Assembly (NCBI GenBank): GCA_951406725.2 | Contig: OX597823.1 | Span: 115,320,001-115,384,000, forward strand | Length of the DNA stretch: 64,000 nt | Source: Octopus vulgaris | Lineage: Eukaryota | Direction of reading: 5' to 3' | Shown here: one piece after another, positions 13,783-27,300 of the stretch | Numbering within the stretch: the stretch's first letter is position 1 | How the letters are laid out: each line of letters begins with the position of its first letter | Position numbers and translations under genes: made by a program | Notes under the pieces: model-generated | What the model was told of the DNA's origin: nothing | What the model saw: the letters and a program-made list of their open reading frames with translations, nothing else | Database searches by the model: none

Positions 13783-16020
13783 TAAAATATATTGTGTGTG
13801 TATGTATGTATGTATATATATATATATATACAAACACATAGATATACTAAGGCGTATTTCATACACACACACGTGTCATGTGATGAAGTACAAATGAACC
13901 GAGGGAAAAATTGAGAGTAATAGAGAAGACTACTTGTAAAGATAAGTGATGCATATGGAAGATGACAGGTGGACAAAGAATTGCAAGGGGTCCGTAGCTG
14001 AATGAAGCTGTGAAAAAAAGGGAAGCTAGGTGAACCACAAAAATGAAGTGATGATTGATCACATGAAGCTGAGCTATGTGGAGGTCAAGACAAAAAGAGC
14101 ATGTAGACCAGTAATATGCAATACGCATTCAGGATGGTCGCATCCTGAATGCGTGGTATTATGGATAGTGAAAATGAAAGAGATGGAGATGGGATGGCAG
14201 ATGCACGTATATCAGCCCTTTGCTAGATATAGCAGTTGACTGCACAGGCCAAGCCCCGTCCTCTGCAACACACTTTCATCCCAAATCATTCATCTCTTGA
14301 TCATTCTCCTACTCAACATCCATCTTCTCTGCAGCAACACACACCCTTCTCACCCTTCTCACTTTTTTTTCTTTCTTTTCACTTCTGGCTGTATAATTAA
14401 TTTAGGCAAAACACATAACAGTGCACCCTGCTCTGTACTGCCAGCCATCACTCCCTCTTCCTTGAGCCACTTTCTATTTACATCCATCACTCACTCCTAC
14501 CGTCACCAACTCCACTTCTGTTTATCACTGATCATTTCCACACCTCTTTACCATCAACCTATGTTCACCAATATAACAACTGGGTGCCCTCTTTCGCCAC
14601 CCATATTCATGTTTCATTCTTCTGCCACTACAAACTTCTGAACAGGTTACCATGTTGTAATTCACACTACATAAAGTAGCGTGGACTCCCAAACCATTAG
14701 TGACACAAGGCAACTTCGATAGTGTGGGTGTCATGAAAAACTGAACAAAAACTGTCCATTAAGTGGTTGACAAACAATGGAAGACAACATAACATAGAGA
14801 GGACTCTTTAGTTTGTCAAAGGCTAAAACATTGTCACTAAGGCTGACACGAGAATAAAATGCACGAAATACAATCTGTAAAAAGGTTGGTGATAAACTGA
14901 GCCAAAATCGAAATGCATGACATAGATGGTAAGTGCTAATCGAAATAATGAAGTAGTCAGGTGATTTGAGAACTGATTCAGAGCATAATGACACAGTGTA
15001 CACGTCAGTAATGAGAGCACAGAGATGTTGATAAATACAGAGGAAGAAAAACATATATGCATAGACAGAGAGGAAACATACACACTCAGATATACATACA
15101 GACATATCAAATATGTATAAAAGACATTACTTTTATATATATATATATACATGCATACATACATACATGTACATAGATATACAAATAGACTCCTATAAAT
15201 ATTTCATAGACACATACAGAGAACAAAGGGTATTTGAGGACACTACCAGTGTATTTCTCTCTCCAAACCAATTAAAAGATTTTTTTATTTCTTTCAGACT
15301 CCACAGTTGATAAAATACTAATACAAGAATTGAAAAGACAGGCAGCCTCTGTTGCCATGAGAGCCGAACACAGTAATTTTGAAATTGCCAACTTTCCAAA
15401 TGTTGCAAGATCTTTTGTACATAAAAGTTCAGAAATGAATTTGAAGCATCTGGTGAGGATATTTCAATTGTATCAATAAATAAATAAATAAATGTAAAAT
15501 GAAAAAGAATCCTAAATGATGGGAAACTATAAGGGTCCTGCAATTCATTCAACAGGTTTGAAAATTATCAATGATGATCTCAGAAAAGTCAATGAGGGCC
15601 ATCATCAAAGAACTTCAGATGGAACGGACTATCAGAACTGTGGTGCACAAGAATATTCATTACAAGTCCCATATATATATAGAGAGAGGAAGGGCCAACT
15701 GATGCACGCACAAACATATATAAATTTATTGTACATGTGTGTATGTATACACGAGTACAGACACACACACATATATATATATACATACATCCATACACAC
15801 ACATATATATACATACAAACATGCGCATGCACACACAGACACATTAGGTGCAGGCATGGCTGTTTGGTTAAGACACTCGCTTCGCAACCATGAGATTTTA
15901 TATTCAGTGTCACACATCTCCATCATGGACAAGAGCTTTCTAATATAGCTACAAGCTAACCATAGATTCATCAAAAGATTTAGTGAACAGAAACTGAATA
16001 AAGCCTACTCTAAGTCCATG

Positions 16021-16065
<45 letters not shown>

Positions 16066-16145
16066 CAGTTTTTTTTATATGCTAGACCACTGGTGTGAAA
16101 TCGATGTTAATTAAATTAATATCTAATTTCTCACCCTCATTTTAA

Positions 16146-16193
<48 letters not shown>

Positions 16194-17552
16194 TACACAC
16201 TGTATACATCTCTCTCCCACTCTTCCTTATAGCATACACACATACACATAAATGCAAGTGAGTTTGTATGCACCCAAATTCCTCCATGTTTCCTTTTATA
16301 TTTCTTTGTGCTTATTCAAAAATTGTCTAAATTATATATGGTTACATTGATTTAATTTAGTCCATTAGAAAATTATTTGTACCTTTCAAGATGTGAAATA
16401 AGTGATTCTTTACTACAAAAGTAGGTAAGGGTGCGTGACTGATATCTAGATGTAAAACAATGTATCGATAATTTACTTATTCTAATCTTTGTCAGAATAA
16501 GAAAAGATATAAATATTTTGAATACACACACACACGCATCTACTAGTCATTAAAGCTGGTTAAAAAAAAAAAAATCTTCACAAGCTGTTACCCAGCGTTT
16601 CACGTGACCATTTATCAGACAGTTGCTGTGATACTTTTATGTATGTGTGTATGTATACATACACACACACATGCATACATAAACAAATGTATGTGAATAT
16701 ATACACACACACACACTTATACATACAGACATATATATACATGCACATATATGTATACCTATACATTTCTTTATGTACATACACGCACACACTCATATAT
16801 ATATATTCATATATACAAATATAGCTAACTATATACACATATATATGCATAAATATATGTGTCTAGTTTGTTTGCTTGTTGATAGGATCAGTATATTAAA
16901 TTAGTTTCTTCAGCAGTTATATTATCTTATATACAGTATCTCATGATCTTGGAGACGTCATCAGATTCAAGCATGGAGTAATATATATAGTCTTGCTTAG
17001 TTGAAGCTGTAACCTCTCTGTCTCTACATGCAACCAACTTAATGCTCTTTCCAAACAGAAAATTCATTCAGTCAAGAAACTCCATTCAGTAACAAAGTAG
17101 TTTTTGTTACTGTTAACGTTCTTTCTCACAAAATCTCATGTTAGCAGGGTACATGTTTCAAGCTCAGAATAACCTGAAGATAGGAAAAGAAAGTGAGGAA
17201 AGTTTGGACCTAAGCACAAGGATATATCATTCAGGGAAGATGAAACACAAGTTGCAGTCTCCAAAATGATACTCTTAATACATTTTATATATAAATGTAG
17301 ACGTATATATATATTACACACACACACACACATACATACACATTTTATATACATATATATGCACATTTCTTTTGGATAAATATGTATACATAAATTCATG
17401 AAGATGTGTGTATGTATATATACATGCATGTTCACTGATAGATATATCCATATATACACTCACACACATAACTACATGCATACAAATTTACATATATACA
17501 CATAAATACACATGCACAAACACACATATATATGAATTTACAAATTTGTATA

Positions 17553-17602
<50 letters not shown>

Positions 17603-18299
17603 CACACACATATCTATCCATCTATACTGATATATTAATGGACATATATATTGTTGATGTCAAAGGTATTTTATAAAACCTTTCGAGAGAAAGTGAACTA
17701 ATTGTTTTGGGGGATATCTTCAAGCACCCACATGAAGTTATGCAAATACTGTGTTGAAAAACCCTTTTGGATAGAGGAAAAAGTCAAAGTCCCATGAGCA
17801 ACTTTCAATGTTTTCTATCTAAACAGAATTTTTCAGCCCAATATTTAAATGCTATTCTTTATAGGTTTGTGTGTGTGCCTCGAGATATTCTCACAAAGTA
17901 TGTATATAAAGTGTTTTGGATTAAGTGTGTAAGTATTGAGTTATTTGTACATATGTTAATTTGGGAAAAAAAAGTCTGTATTTTAGAATTAAATCATTTT
18001 ATTTGCACAAGATTTCTTTTTTTTTTTTTTTTTTTTGTAGTCTTCAAATTGAGAAAGAGAAAAAGAGAAGGAATGCTTGAATAATATTGATATTCCATAT
18101 ATTGGTGCTTCTGAGTAGGCCTTTCGTTCACTACACAAGCAGAAGCCATCATAGTGTTTTGAAATGTTCTCGTCAAAATGTCTCACATTCTGCAAAGACT
18201 AATGGAATACTAAAATCTCTCTCTCTCTCTCATAGATAACAAGTGTTGGCAACAGAAAGAGCGTTCAGGCATAATGCACTGCATGAATGACTTTTTGTT

Positions 18300-19074
18300 A
18301 ACCCTGCTCGAAAAGGGAAAAGGGAAACAGAAAAACAAAGATGATTTAGAAATATCTACGTAGAGCAGAGAGAGAGAGAAAATGGTGTCTGGTGAGGGAA
18401 ACAATCGGAACGAGAAACAGAACCACCTTTGGTGGAACAGGCAACAACAAGGAGTGGAAAATAACAGAGACAAAGAAGTTGCAAATGAAAAATCAGGGAA
18501 ATACTCAGAAATTTACGATTAAGAGTAAGGCACAGGGGAAATAAGATGGAATGAAGAACAGAGTGAAAGGATGAACGTGAGAGAGAGAGAGAGTAGAAAT
18601 AAGATATGGAATTGTAACGAGTGAGGGGAAGAAATTTGAAAAGAGAAAAGCAGTGAAAATGGAAGATAAATATAAGAGAAGGATGAGTAAACTGACAGGA
18701 AGAAAAAAAGAAGAAAACAAAATGACAGGAAAGAGAAGAGATATGATGCGGCGGATGGGAGAGTGAAGAATGAGGCAGAGAGGAAAGAAAGGGAAAATAA
18801 GAAATGAAAGGGATCATGATGAGAGAATGAAGGGAAAAGTAATGAGGAAAAGAATGAGAGGGAAGGAGAGAGAGAGAGAGAATATAAACAGATGTGAGAA
18901 AGAATGAAGATTAAAGAGAGACAGAATGAAGAAAGAATGTGAGGGAATAAGGAGAGGGAGAAGATATGATAGAGACAGAGAATGAGTAAAAAAAAAAAAG
19001 AGTAAGGGAGAATGGAGAGAGAGAGAGAGAGAACGAAGATAAGGAAGGGAGAGAGAGAGAATGAATGAAGACAG

Positions 19075-19105
<31 letters not shown>

Positions 19106-21160
19106 GACAGAAAAGAGAGAATGAATGAAGACAGGAGAGAGAGAGAGAGAGAGAGAGAATGAATGAAGACAGGGGAGAGAGAGAGAATGAATGAAGACAG
19201 GGGAGAGTGTGAATGAATGAGGATAGGAAAGAGAATGAATGAGAATAAGAAAGATAATGAATGAATGAGGATAGGAAAGAGAATGAATGAGGATAGGAAA
19301 GAGAATGAATGAGGATAGGAAAGTGAATGAATGAGGATAGGAAAGTGAATGAATGAGAATAAGAAAGATAATGAATGAATGAGGATAGGGAAGAGAATGA
19401 ATGAATGAGGATAGGAAAGAGAATGAATGAGAATAAGAAAGATAATGAATGAATGAGGATAGGAAAGAGAATGAATGAGGATAGGAAAGTGAATGAATGA
19501 GAATAAGAAAGATAATGAATGAATGAGGATAGGGAAGAGAATGAATGAAGAAAGGAAAGAGACAGAATGAATGAATGAATGAAGAAAGGGAAAGAGAGCG
19601 AATGAATGAAGACAAAAAAGAGAGAATGAAGATAGAAAAATGAGAGAATGAAGACAGAAAGAGAGAATGAAGACAGGGGAGAGAGGGAATGAATGAAGGC
19701 AGGGAAGAGGGAGTATTGAATGAAGATCAGGGAAAGGCAGGGTGAATGCATTAGGGTGGAGGAGAGAGTGAAAGAATTAAAGGAAAGAGAGAGAGGGAGA
19801 AAACAGGGAAAGCTGGAGATGATGAGGTGGGGAGAAACTGAATACAGAAATGGAAGAGTATGAAGATGGGGAGAGAGAGAGAGAGAGAATGATAGAGAGA
19901 AGAGCAGCAGAAGAATGAACAACAGGAGGAGAGAGAGAGAGAGAGAGAGAATGTGAATTGAACAGCAAAAAAAAAAAAGGGAGAAAATGAGTTACTGAGA
20001 GAAAATGGGAGGGAGAGTAATGGAATGAAGATAGGAAATGTGGAATGGGGGGGGGGCAGGAGACCGAAAATGAGAAGACAATAAAAAGGAAAATACAAGA
20101 GTGGGAAAGATTAAAGGCAGATCAGAAAGGAGAGGAGTAAAGATTGAGAAAAAGAGAGTAAGTATGGAGATGTGAGGGAGAATGAATGAGGAGAGAGAGA
20201 GAATGATGAAGATTAAAGAGACAAAGATGGCATAGAAAAGGGAAAGAAGAGAGAGAATGAAGTTAAGGGAGGGAGGGAGAGAATGAAAATAGTAAAATTT
20301 AGTGAGACTGAAGGGAAGATAGGAAATGGAAAATGAAGTGAAAAATTACAGCCTGAGAGAAGGGAATGAGAATGGGTGAATGAGGATAGGAGAGAGAATG
20401 AAGAAAAGAGAAAGAGAGAGGCGAAACAAGGATAAGAAAGGAGGGAGAGACAGAATGCAAAAATGGAGATTAAAAATGAGAGAGAAAATGGATATAGAGG
20501 AGAGAGAGAGAATGAAGATAGAGAGAAAGAAAATTTGAGCAGAGTGGAAACAAAAGTGAAAGTGGAGATGAGAGAGAGAAACCGAAAGTAGAGATGAAAG
20601 CGAGAGAAACACTAAAAGAAAAAGAATATTGTAAAAATGAGAGAGAGAGAGAGAGATTGGAGGGAGGATGAGGAAAGACGAAGAATAAAGATGGGAGAGA
20701 GAGAGAAAAAAGAATAAAGAAAAAGACTGACGATGCAAAAGAAAGAAAATGAAAATGGGAGGGAGAAAATGAATAAATATGTCAAAAAGAAGAATAATTA
20801 TGAGATAATTAATATTTGAAATGGCATTTAAGATAGAGAGAATGAAAATTAGAGAGAAATGAAATGAGAGTGGGAGAGAAAAAATGGAGAGAGAGAGAGA
20901 ATGAGAAATAAGAGAGGATGAAATTGGCAGTTAAGAGAAAGTGAAAATGGGAAAGAGATAGAGAGCAGAAGAAGGAGCGACAGAATAAAAGATAAAAGAG
21001 AGAGTGTGTGAATGATGAGAGGATAATGATTCAGAGACTATAGAAGAGATAGAGAGGAAATGATGATGTGACGTGGGAGAGAGAGAGAGAGAGAGAATAT
21101 AAGGAGAGTGCAAACAAGAATGTGATGAGAGAGAGAGAGAGAGAGAGAGAGTGGGAGCCA
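18300..21160. repeat. Purine-rich (GA/GAAT) low-complexity tract with an internal minisatellite (~19050-19620)
   Basis: Almost C-free plus strand; recurring GAATGAATGAGGATAGGAAAGA and GAATGAATGAAGACAGG units plus (GA)n. Confidence 0.9.
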
Positions 21161-21693
21161 AGAAATATCTAGTGCTGTTTGCAGTGTGGTGGTCTACAGT
21201 AAAACCATGTAGCTTCAATGCTGGCAGATTGATAGCAGAAAATCAAGTTACTGTAGTATGTGGCGTGATGAAGGCTGTTAAAGGAAATTGGTCAAGCCTG
21301 AGGCTAGAACAGTCAGTCAGCTAAACATAGCCACCTGTCATCAATTAAACATTACTTAGCATCATTTCTAAACAGAATATTTAGTAAATGAAGAATGGTT
21401 ACTACAACAAAAATAATCACTTGACAGACAGCAATGCTATCGAGTGGAAACGCAACTAGGATACACTTGTGAGGGGAAACAGAGAAGCAAATGATGAGAC
21501 ACAGAAAGATACTGAAGAGAGAGATAATAGCGGTGAGATGAGAGAGAGAAAGCATTTTCTTTAACAAAGAAGATATTGAAACCGAATTACCGACTGGAGA
21601 GCATCATAGAAAGCGAAAATTGAAACGAAATTTTACTAAAGAGAATAATCGACTTCAAACCATCTGTAGTATTGTTCAGCGTGGCTTTTACTA

Positions 21694-21972
<279 letters not shown>

Positions 21973-22624
21973 TTAAAGAAAGAAAAAAAATAAGAAATAG
22001 AAAATAGAATAAAGAAAAATATACCAAAAACATGGGGAAGCTGTGACGGCGTTTTACTAGATTAAGAGAGAGAAACGAGAGCAAGAAGACATTTTGAGGA
22101 ATCTTTGCTAGTTGTAAGTTGTTCACTCCTTAGATATCTTTATGCAAAAGCGAGGAATTCAACATTTAATTAGAGGAACTCCAAGAGGATAAACAGTAAG
22201 GAACGGTTTTAGAGTGCAGGGAATAGTTGAATAATGCGATGGTTGCGAAAGGTTTTAACAGACAAGAATTAGGAAGAGAGGAAACCACGCAAAGAATGCT
22301 TTACTTCTTTATATGCAGGTGTGTGTATGTGTGTTGAATCCAAGTGAAAAAGGCAAGTTAAAGCAATGAAGAAGGAGAAGAGAGATTCTTTGTTCAGTGT
22401 TAAGCCTCTCTCGTCTGCTCAAGCAGATCAACATTCACCTGAATAAAAAGAAGAGACAAAGAAGAAGAAGAAGAAGGAAAACACCTGAACAACAATCTCG
22501 TGTAACAAATTACAATGCCAACCCTTACAAATGTAGAACCAACCTGCATTTGGTAAAATTTATCCCGTGGTAAATCTACGGCTGCAATTTTAAGGCAACG
22601 AACGGCGACTAAGTACAGTTCTCC

Positions 22625-23230
22625 CCAGCAGTAGTAGTAGTAGTAGTAAATAGTAGTAGCAGCAGTAGCAGCAGCAGCAGCAAGAGGTCGACGATGACGA
22701 AGAAGACGACAGGAATCAATAATTGAATGAATGACAACAGTAGCAATGACCTCAATAAATACCTCACGAGAATGCATCGAAGGGAGGAAAACTGTTCTAA
22801 AGAAACTCAGTGTGAGCCAATGAGAACGAGCATCATTATCAGGTTGTACCCCGTCACTCTCTCCCTCCGCCCTTACACTGGCCGACCGGCAGCCGCCACT
22901 CTCCTATCATCGATATTGAAAACACTACTACTACTACTACCACTACCAACTATAATGCAACTACTAGTTGTAGCAGCAGTAATCGAAGTAGTAGCAGTAA
23001 CAAGGAGCGGCGGCGGCAGTTGTAATGCTGCTATCTCTGCAACAACAACTACTACTACTACTGTGACTACTACTGCTGCTGCTGCAACGGTTTATTATAT
23101 ACAAGACGGGTTTCTGGTCACTGAATCTTACGGTGCTGCTGCTGCTGCTGCTGCTGAGAGAAGATGAAGGCCACAGTGGAGATGCAGTGAAGAAGATACA
23201 TACTGCAACTACTAGTAATACTACTCTCAC
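22625..23230. repeat. Cluster of (TAG)n/(CAG)n and (CTA)n/(CTG)n triplet repeats
   Basis: Directly visible runs at ~22630-22684, 22926-22948, 23040-23085 and 23134-23156. Confidence 0.85.
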
Positions 23231-24363
23231 ACGTCTTTTATACTAGCGAGGCGCACTTCTGCAGTATCACCGACTGTTAGCATCGCCCAACTAACGAAAT
23301 ATATGCAGACATGCTTGGCAGATTTCAGAAGAATATGAGCAGGCAGCGAATGCTGGCTTCCTTCACCTAATCAGAAATTGGGAGGATAAAACCCAAGTAA
23401 GAAGGCAGCCTATCAGACAGGTACCCAAACATTCTAGCACTTATTTAATAATATAAGAATAAATAGAAGCATTTGTTTTAAAGAAATACACACATTTACC
23501 ATATATATATATATATATATAGTAAAAGTTATTTATAAGGGATCAGAATTAGCCCTTATCAAATGTTCTAAGCAACTTAGAATAGAGAGAGTCGATTTTA
23601 TTCTTGTATTTATCTTTTATTGTGTAAATAAAGGAATGAAGAGAATGTATTAAACCAGTAGGTTTTTGAAAAAGGTGCTAAAATGGAACTGTGAGAAAAA
23701 GAAAAAACCAGACCGGGATTGACTGAGAGATGTATCAAAAGCACCAGGAAATCTTCTCCAAGTGGTTATTTCTAAAACCAATTGACGCTGTGATCTTGGA
23801 AAAAGTGTCTGATTCTTAGGAATCATTTGCTAAATGCCAGGCCAAAATGGAAAGATTTCTCCATTTCGAATACTTGCCCTCATCAGCACTCATAGCTTAA
23901 AGCTAGTATCTACCGAAGATAGATTAGATTACCAAGTGTAATAGTGAAAAAGCAGTCGAGTTGCGACATTAAAACAATAGATATGATGATGAAACTGACC
24001 GGAAAGAAAAATGAAGTTAAGATGAAGGAGGGGGGGGAGGGCGCGTTTTGTCGTTTCCGATATCGATCCGGTCGGCAGAATGAGGATGGGTCGGAGTCGG
24101 TTCGTTGGGGCCGAAGGCTGTTACCACCTGTGATCCAGGCGGTCGACGAGGTCTGCACCAGAGAAGCAATAAGGCTTTATTTCTAACGGTGATTTAACAT
24201 TCCATGGTAATTATTTCATGAACGAATGGAGAAAACAATTGTAAAAGAAAAAAAGAAAAAAAAAAAAAAAAGATTAAAATAAGAAAATGTTAAAATTATT
24301 CTTCTAAATAACTAAAATAAAATAATTAAAAAAAGCAATAAATTATAAAATAAACCTACCTAC

Positions 24364-24507
24364 CTAGTTCGGCTGTGTATGTTGGTTGTAACAAGAAACC
24401 GGTCTCAGATTTAAATGCAGTAGTTAAAAGTGGCCGACACCAAAAATATGATAGTGCCCAGCCGTAGGAGTCAATAGCTCTAGCCAAGTTATAGACACTA
24501 GTTAATT
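24364..24507 (-). other. Candidate internal 5'UTR exon of elav (144 nt)
   Basis: Acceptor ttttgtttttcttttcacttttag| at 24508/24507 and donor TAG|GTAGGT at 24364/24363. No ATG; flanked by U-rich intron-like tracts. Confidence 0.42.
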
Positions 24508-25501
24508 CTAAAAGTGAAAAGAAAAACAAAATAGGGAAAAATAGAAATATAAATGTATATATTTAAATAAATAAAAGAAAAAAAAAAACAAAACAAGAGA
24601 CAGATCACAGATCTAGCAGCAGAAGTAAGTGATGCGAACGGCAAACGCAGAGGAGGAGCATGGTTAAAAAAACGGTCACAGATGTAAGCAGAGAGTAAGT
24701 AAGTAATAATGCAGGTCTACTGGTTATGTTGGTCAAGCTGTGGCAAGCAGGCAATTCACTGCTGAACAACTGGAAAACCAAACCAATACAATATCTACAT
24801 TAAGCATTGGCTTAATTACTTTCAATAAATAAAATTAGTCAGGCGGGGAAGAATGGTGAAATGAATGAGGAAACATCTTCAGATGAACTACAGTGAATGG
24901 CTGATCGGAAAGTAGTGGACCGAGTTGAACAATTTCCACTTTTATAATGGAACTGACCAAAGCTAGGTAGACACGGCATTGTGTAAAAGCGCGTGGTCCA
25001 CAAATGTGTGAGCATGTGAGCAGGTTGTCCAAGCGACAACCTGATGAATCAATTAATTACGAACTGGACCAAGATCGAACTGAATATGTAACACGATTAT
25101 AGCCTCCACTTCAGCTTTCTTTTCTTTCTTTCTTTTTTTTCCGGAGCAGAAACCGTCCCGTCAAATGCAATGCCGTATATTTATTATCCATTCTCACACT
25201 TTGAAACCAACAGTCATAGAAATCGACCCGCTTCTAGCAATATAAGTTTCAAGTGTGCGAAATGAACTGACATGTTTACATGTATCCATCGCAGAGCAGA
25301 GATGGCATCGGAACTGAAGAAAGAATTAATGAGAAGCACAGTGAAAACAAACAGCAGACATTAGAACAGTTCCGTTGTCCATTTAATATATTCGTTAGCT
25401 TTCTTACAGTGAAACTACCAACGGAACTTGGTTCACATCATCACAAGTAATGCGCAACTTACTGAATAGGTGAGATGTTTAGAAAATCGGTTTCCTTTTT
25501 G

Positions 25502-25533
25502 ATTGGCAATTAAGAATACATAACCATAGCAAC
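25502..25533. promoter_or_regulatory. Possible CCAAT box plus RFX X-box-like site
   Basis: ATTGG at 25502-25506 and ATAACCATAGCAAC at 25520-25533 (near match to GTNRCCATRGYAAC). Motif match only. Confidence 0.25.
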
Positions 25534-26054
25534 AGACATCACAGGAGGTGAGGTTCCCAACACAAGAAAAACAGAGATGGAAATAGAAGTAGAAGATATA
25601 GCAGACACACAGGCAAATGTAAAAGGGTCGGAGAAAGGGGAGCTTTAAAAAAAAAGCAAGGTTTATTTACAAATAGGTAAAAAAAAATAAATAAAAATAG
25701 AGGGGAGGGGGACTCGTTTCAGCAGGTGAATAAAAACTGGTGTCCGTACTTATTGTGTCTGAAATGAATAGGTTTTATGTGGTGGGGGGTAAAATCAATG
25801 AAGCGGTTCGAGTAGCTAAACTCGTTGCGAGAGAGAGAGAGAGAGAGACCGAGGAAACGTTCAGTTATAACGTTTTACGGATGATAATTACGTCAAAGTT
25901 TCGTCCGTGCCCGACATCACCGTGGCCACCACCACCAACACCACCCGCCCCACAAGATATAATTCCTACAAGGCGAAATCGCGCGCGCGCGAGTGCATGT
26001 GTGTGTGTGTGTCTATGCGTATATACATGCATATGCATTTACGTGTGTGCGTAC

Positions 26055-26091
<37 letters not shown>

Positions 26092-26461
26092 AGTATGTAA
26101 ATGAATTATCCTAGTATTGATAATTCGGTTAATCGATACCTGGGTAGCAAATTCACGTCAGAAAATACGGTTGAAGCTACATGCCAAGGGTAGAAACCCC
26201 GTGTTCTTGTGTGGTAATTTGTGTATTATTTAAAATGTATATATATGTATGTATATATATATATGTATGTATAAGTTTGTGTGTGTCTGTGTGTGATGTA
26301 GACATATAAACAACGGTTTAGGTAAGTCCGTCGTGAAATACGGAATATTGGTGAATTGGAAAAGAATGTGTTCTGACTACATACGGACAACTCTTGACTA
26401 TTTGGTTGGTATTTGGTGCTACGAAATATTCTGTATCCCGTATAAATGAGCTTCGACTTAC

Positions 26462-26644
26462 CCAAAGATCCGCGTGCCTAATCTTAGTGAATACACACAC
26501 ATGTAATAATGTGAGAGTGTGTGTGTGTCTGTGTGTGTGTGTGTGTTTCTAAGGAATCTGTGACGAAATCCACATGATCGCTCAGACAAAACAATAAAAT
26601 CCGAACTAGTTTGGCAAAATATGGAAATCAAATATTTTTTTACC
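26462..26644 (-). other. Candidate internal 5'UTR exon of elav (183 nt, contains uORFs)
   Basis: Long poly-T acceptor ...ttttttgtag|G at 26645/26644 and donor TGG|GTAAGT at 26462/26461. Stops in the ELAV frame; uORF MWISSQIP*. Confidence 0.5.
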
Positions 26645-26932
26645 CTACAAAAAAAAAAAAAAGAAAGAAAGAAAGAAAGAAAAAACAAAGGAAAAACGTT
26701 TGTAAACATGGAACAACTCAAATGAGAGAAAATTAAAATGAAAAATCTCGCACCAGCAAGAAAATGTTTATATATATATATGTATGTATGTATGTATAAC
26801 ATATATATATTTATATATACACACATACACATGAAGTGTGTATATATATACATATATATTTATACACACACACACTCACGCATTAATACACACAAATATC
26901 GATGTTAACATATGCACACACATACAGCCATC

Positions 26933-26972
<40 letters not shown>

Positions 26973-27131
26973 TACACACGCACATACACCCATGTTGAAA
27001 TATACACACCTATGTGTGTGCGCGCGCGCGCGTTGTGATGCGCGACTTGAAGAGGAAAAAGAAAGAAAGAAAGAGAGAAAGAAAGAAAGAAGGAAGGAAA
27101 GAAAAATGAAATAAACAAACCCCGAACTTAC

Positions 27132-27300
27132 TGGTTTTTAAGGATTCCAGAATGTAACGAGTAACGTCCGAAAATATGAACTCGTGGAAGAGACGTTAGC
27201 GTTTCCGTATACAAAATATTTTGTGTGTGTGGTGCAAACTATTGATTATATTTTGCTGAGTACAAAGAAAATGGCGTTGTATTGATAGGAGTGAGGGAGG
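27132..27300 (-). other. Candidate non-coding alternative first exon of elav
   Basis: Donor CCA|GTAAGT at 27132/27131, no ATG, and a YY1-type CGCCATTTT near its 5' end (~27268-27276) downstream of a CpG/CCT-rich tract. The 5' boundary is a guess. Confidence 0.45.

Noticed and set aside
18519-19922. 467-aa minus-strand ORF and overlapping S/L/F/H-rich ORFs
   Set aside because: Translation of the pyrimidine-rich repeat, which lacks stops by composition; no domain and a non-ATG start.
21265-21301. GTGATGA...CTGA C/D-box snoRNA-like pair
   Set aside because: Only ~37 nt, antisense to the host intron, no terminal stem.
22727-23167. 146-aa plus-strand ORF
   Set aside because: Poly-A/T/L runs from triplet repeats, antisense to elav, no recognisable domain.
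25042-25075. CTGATGA near elav as a hammerhead core
   Set aside because: No stem II or GAAA partner.
25519-25527. ATG GTT ATG (MVM) resembling the human HuD N-terminus
   Set aside because: Followed by TAT TCT TAA, with no phase-0 donor; coincidence with the X-box-like motif.
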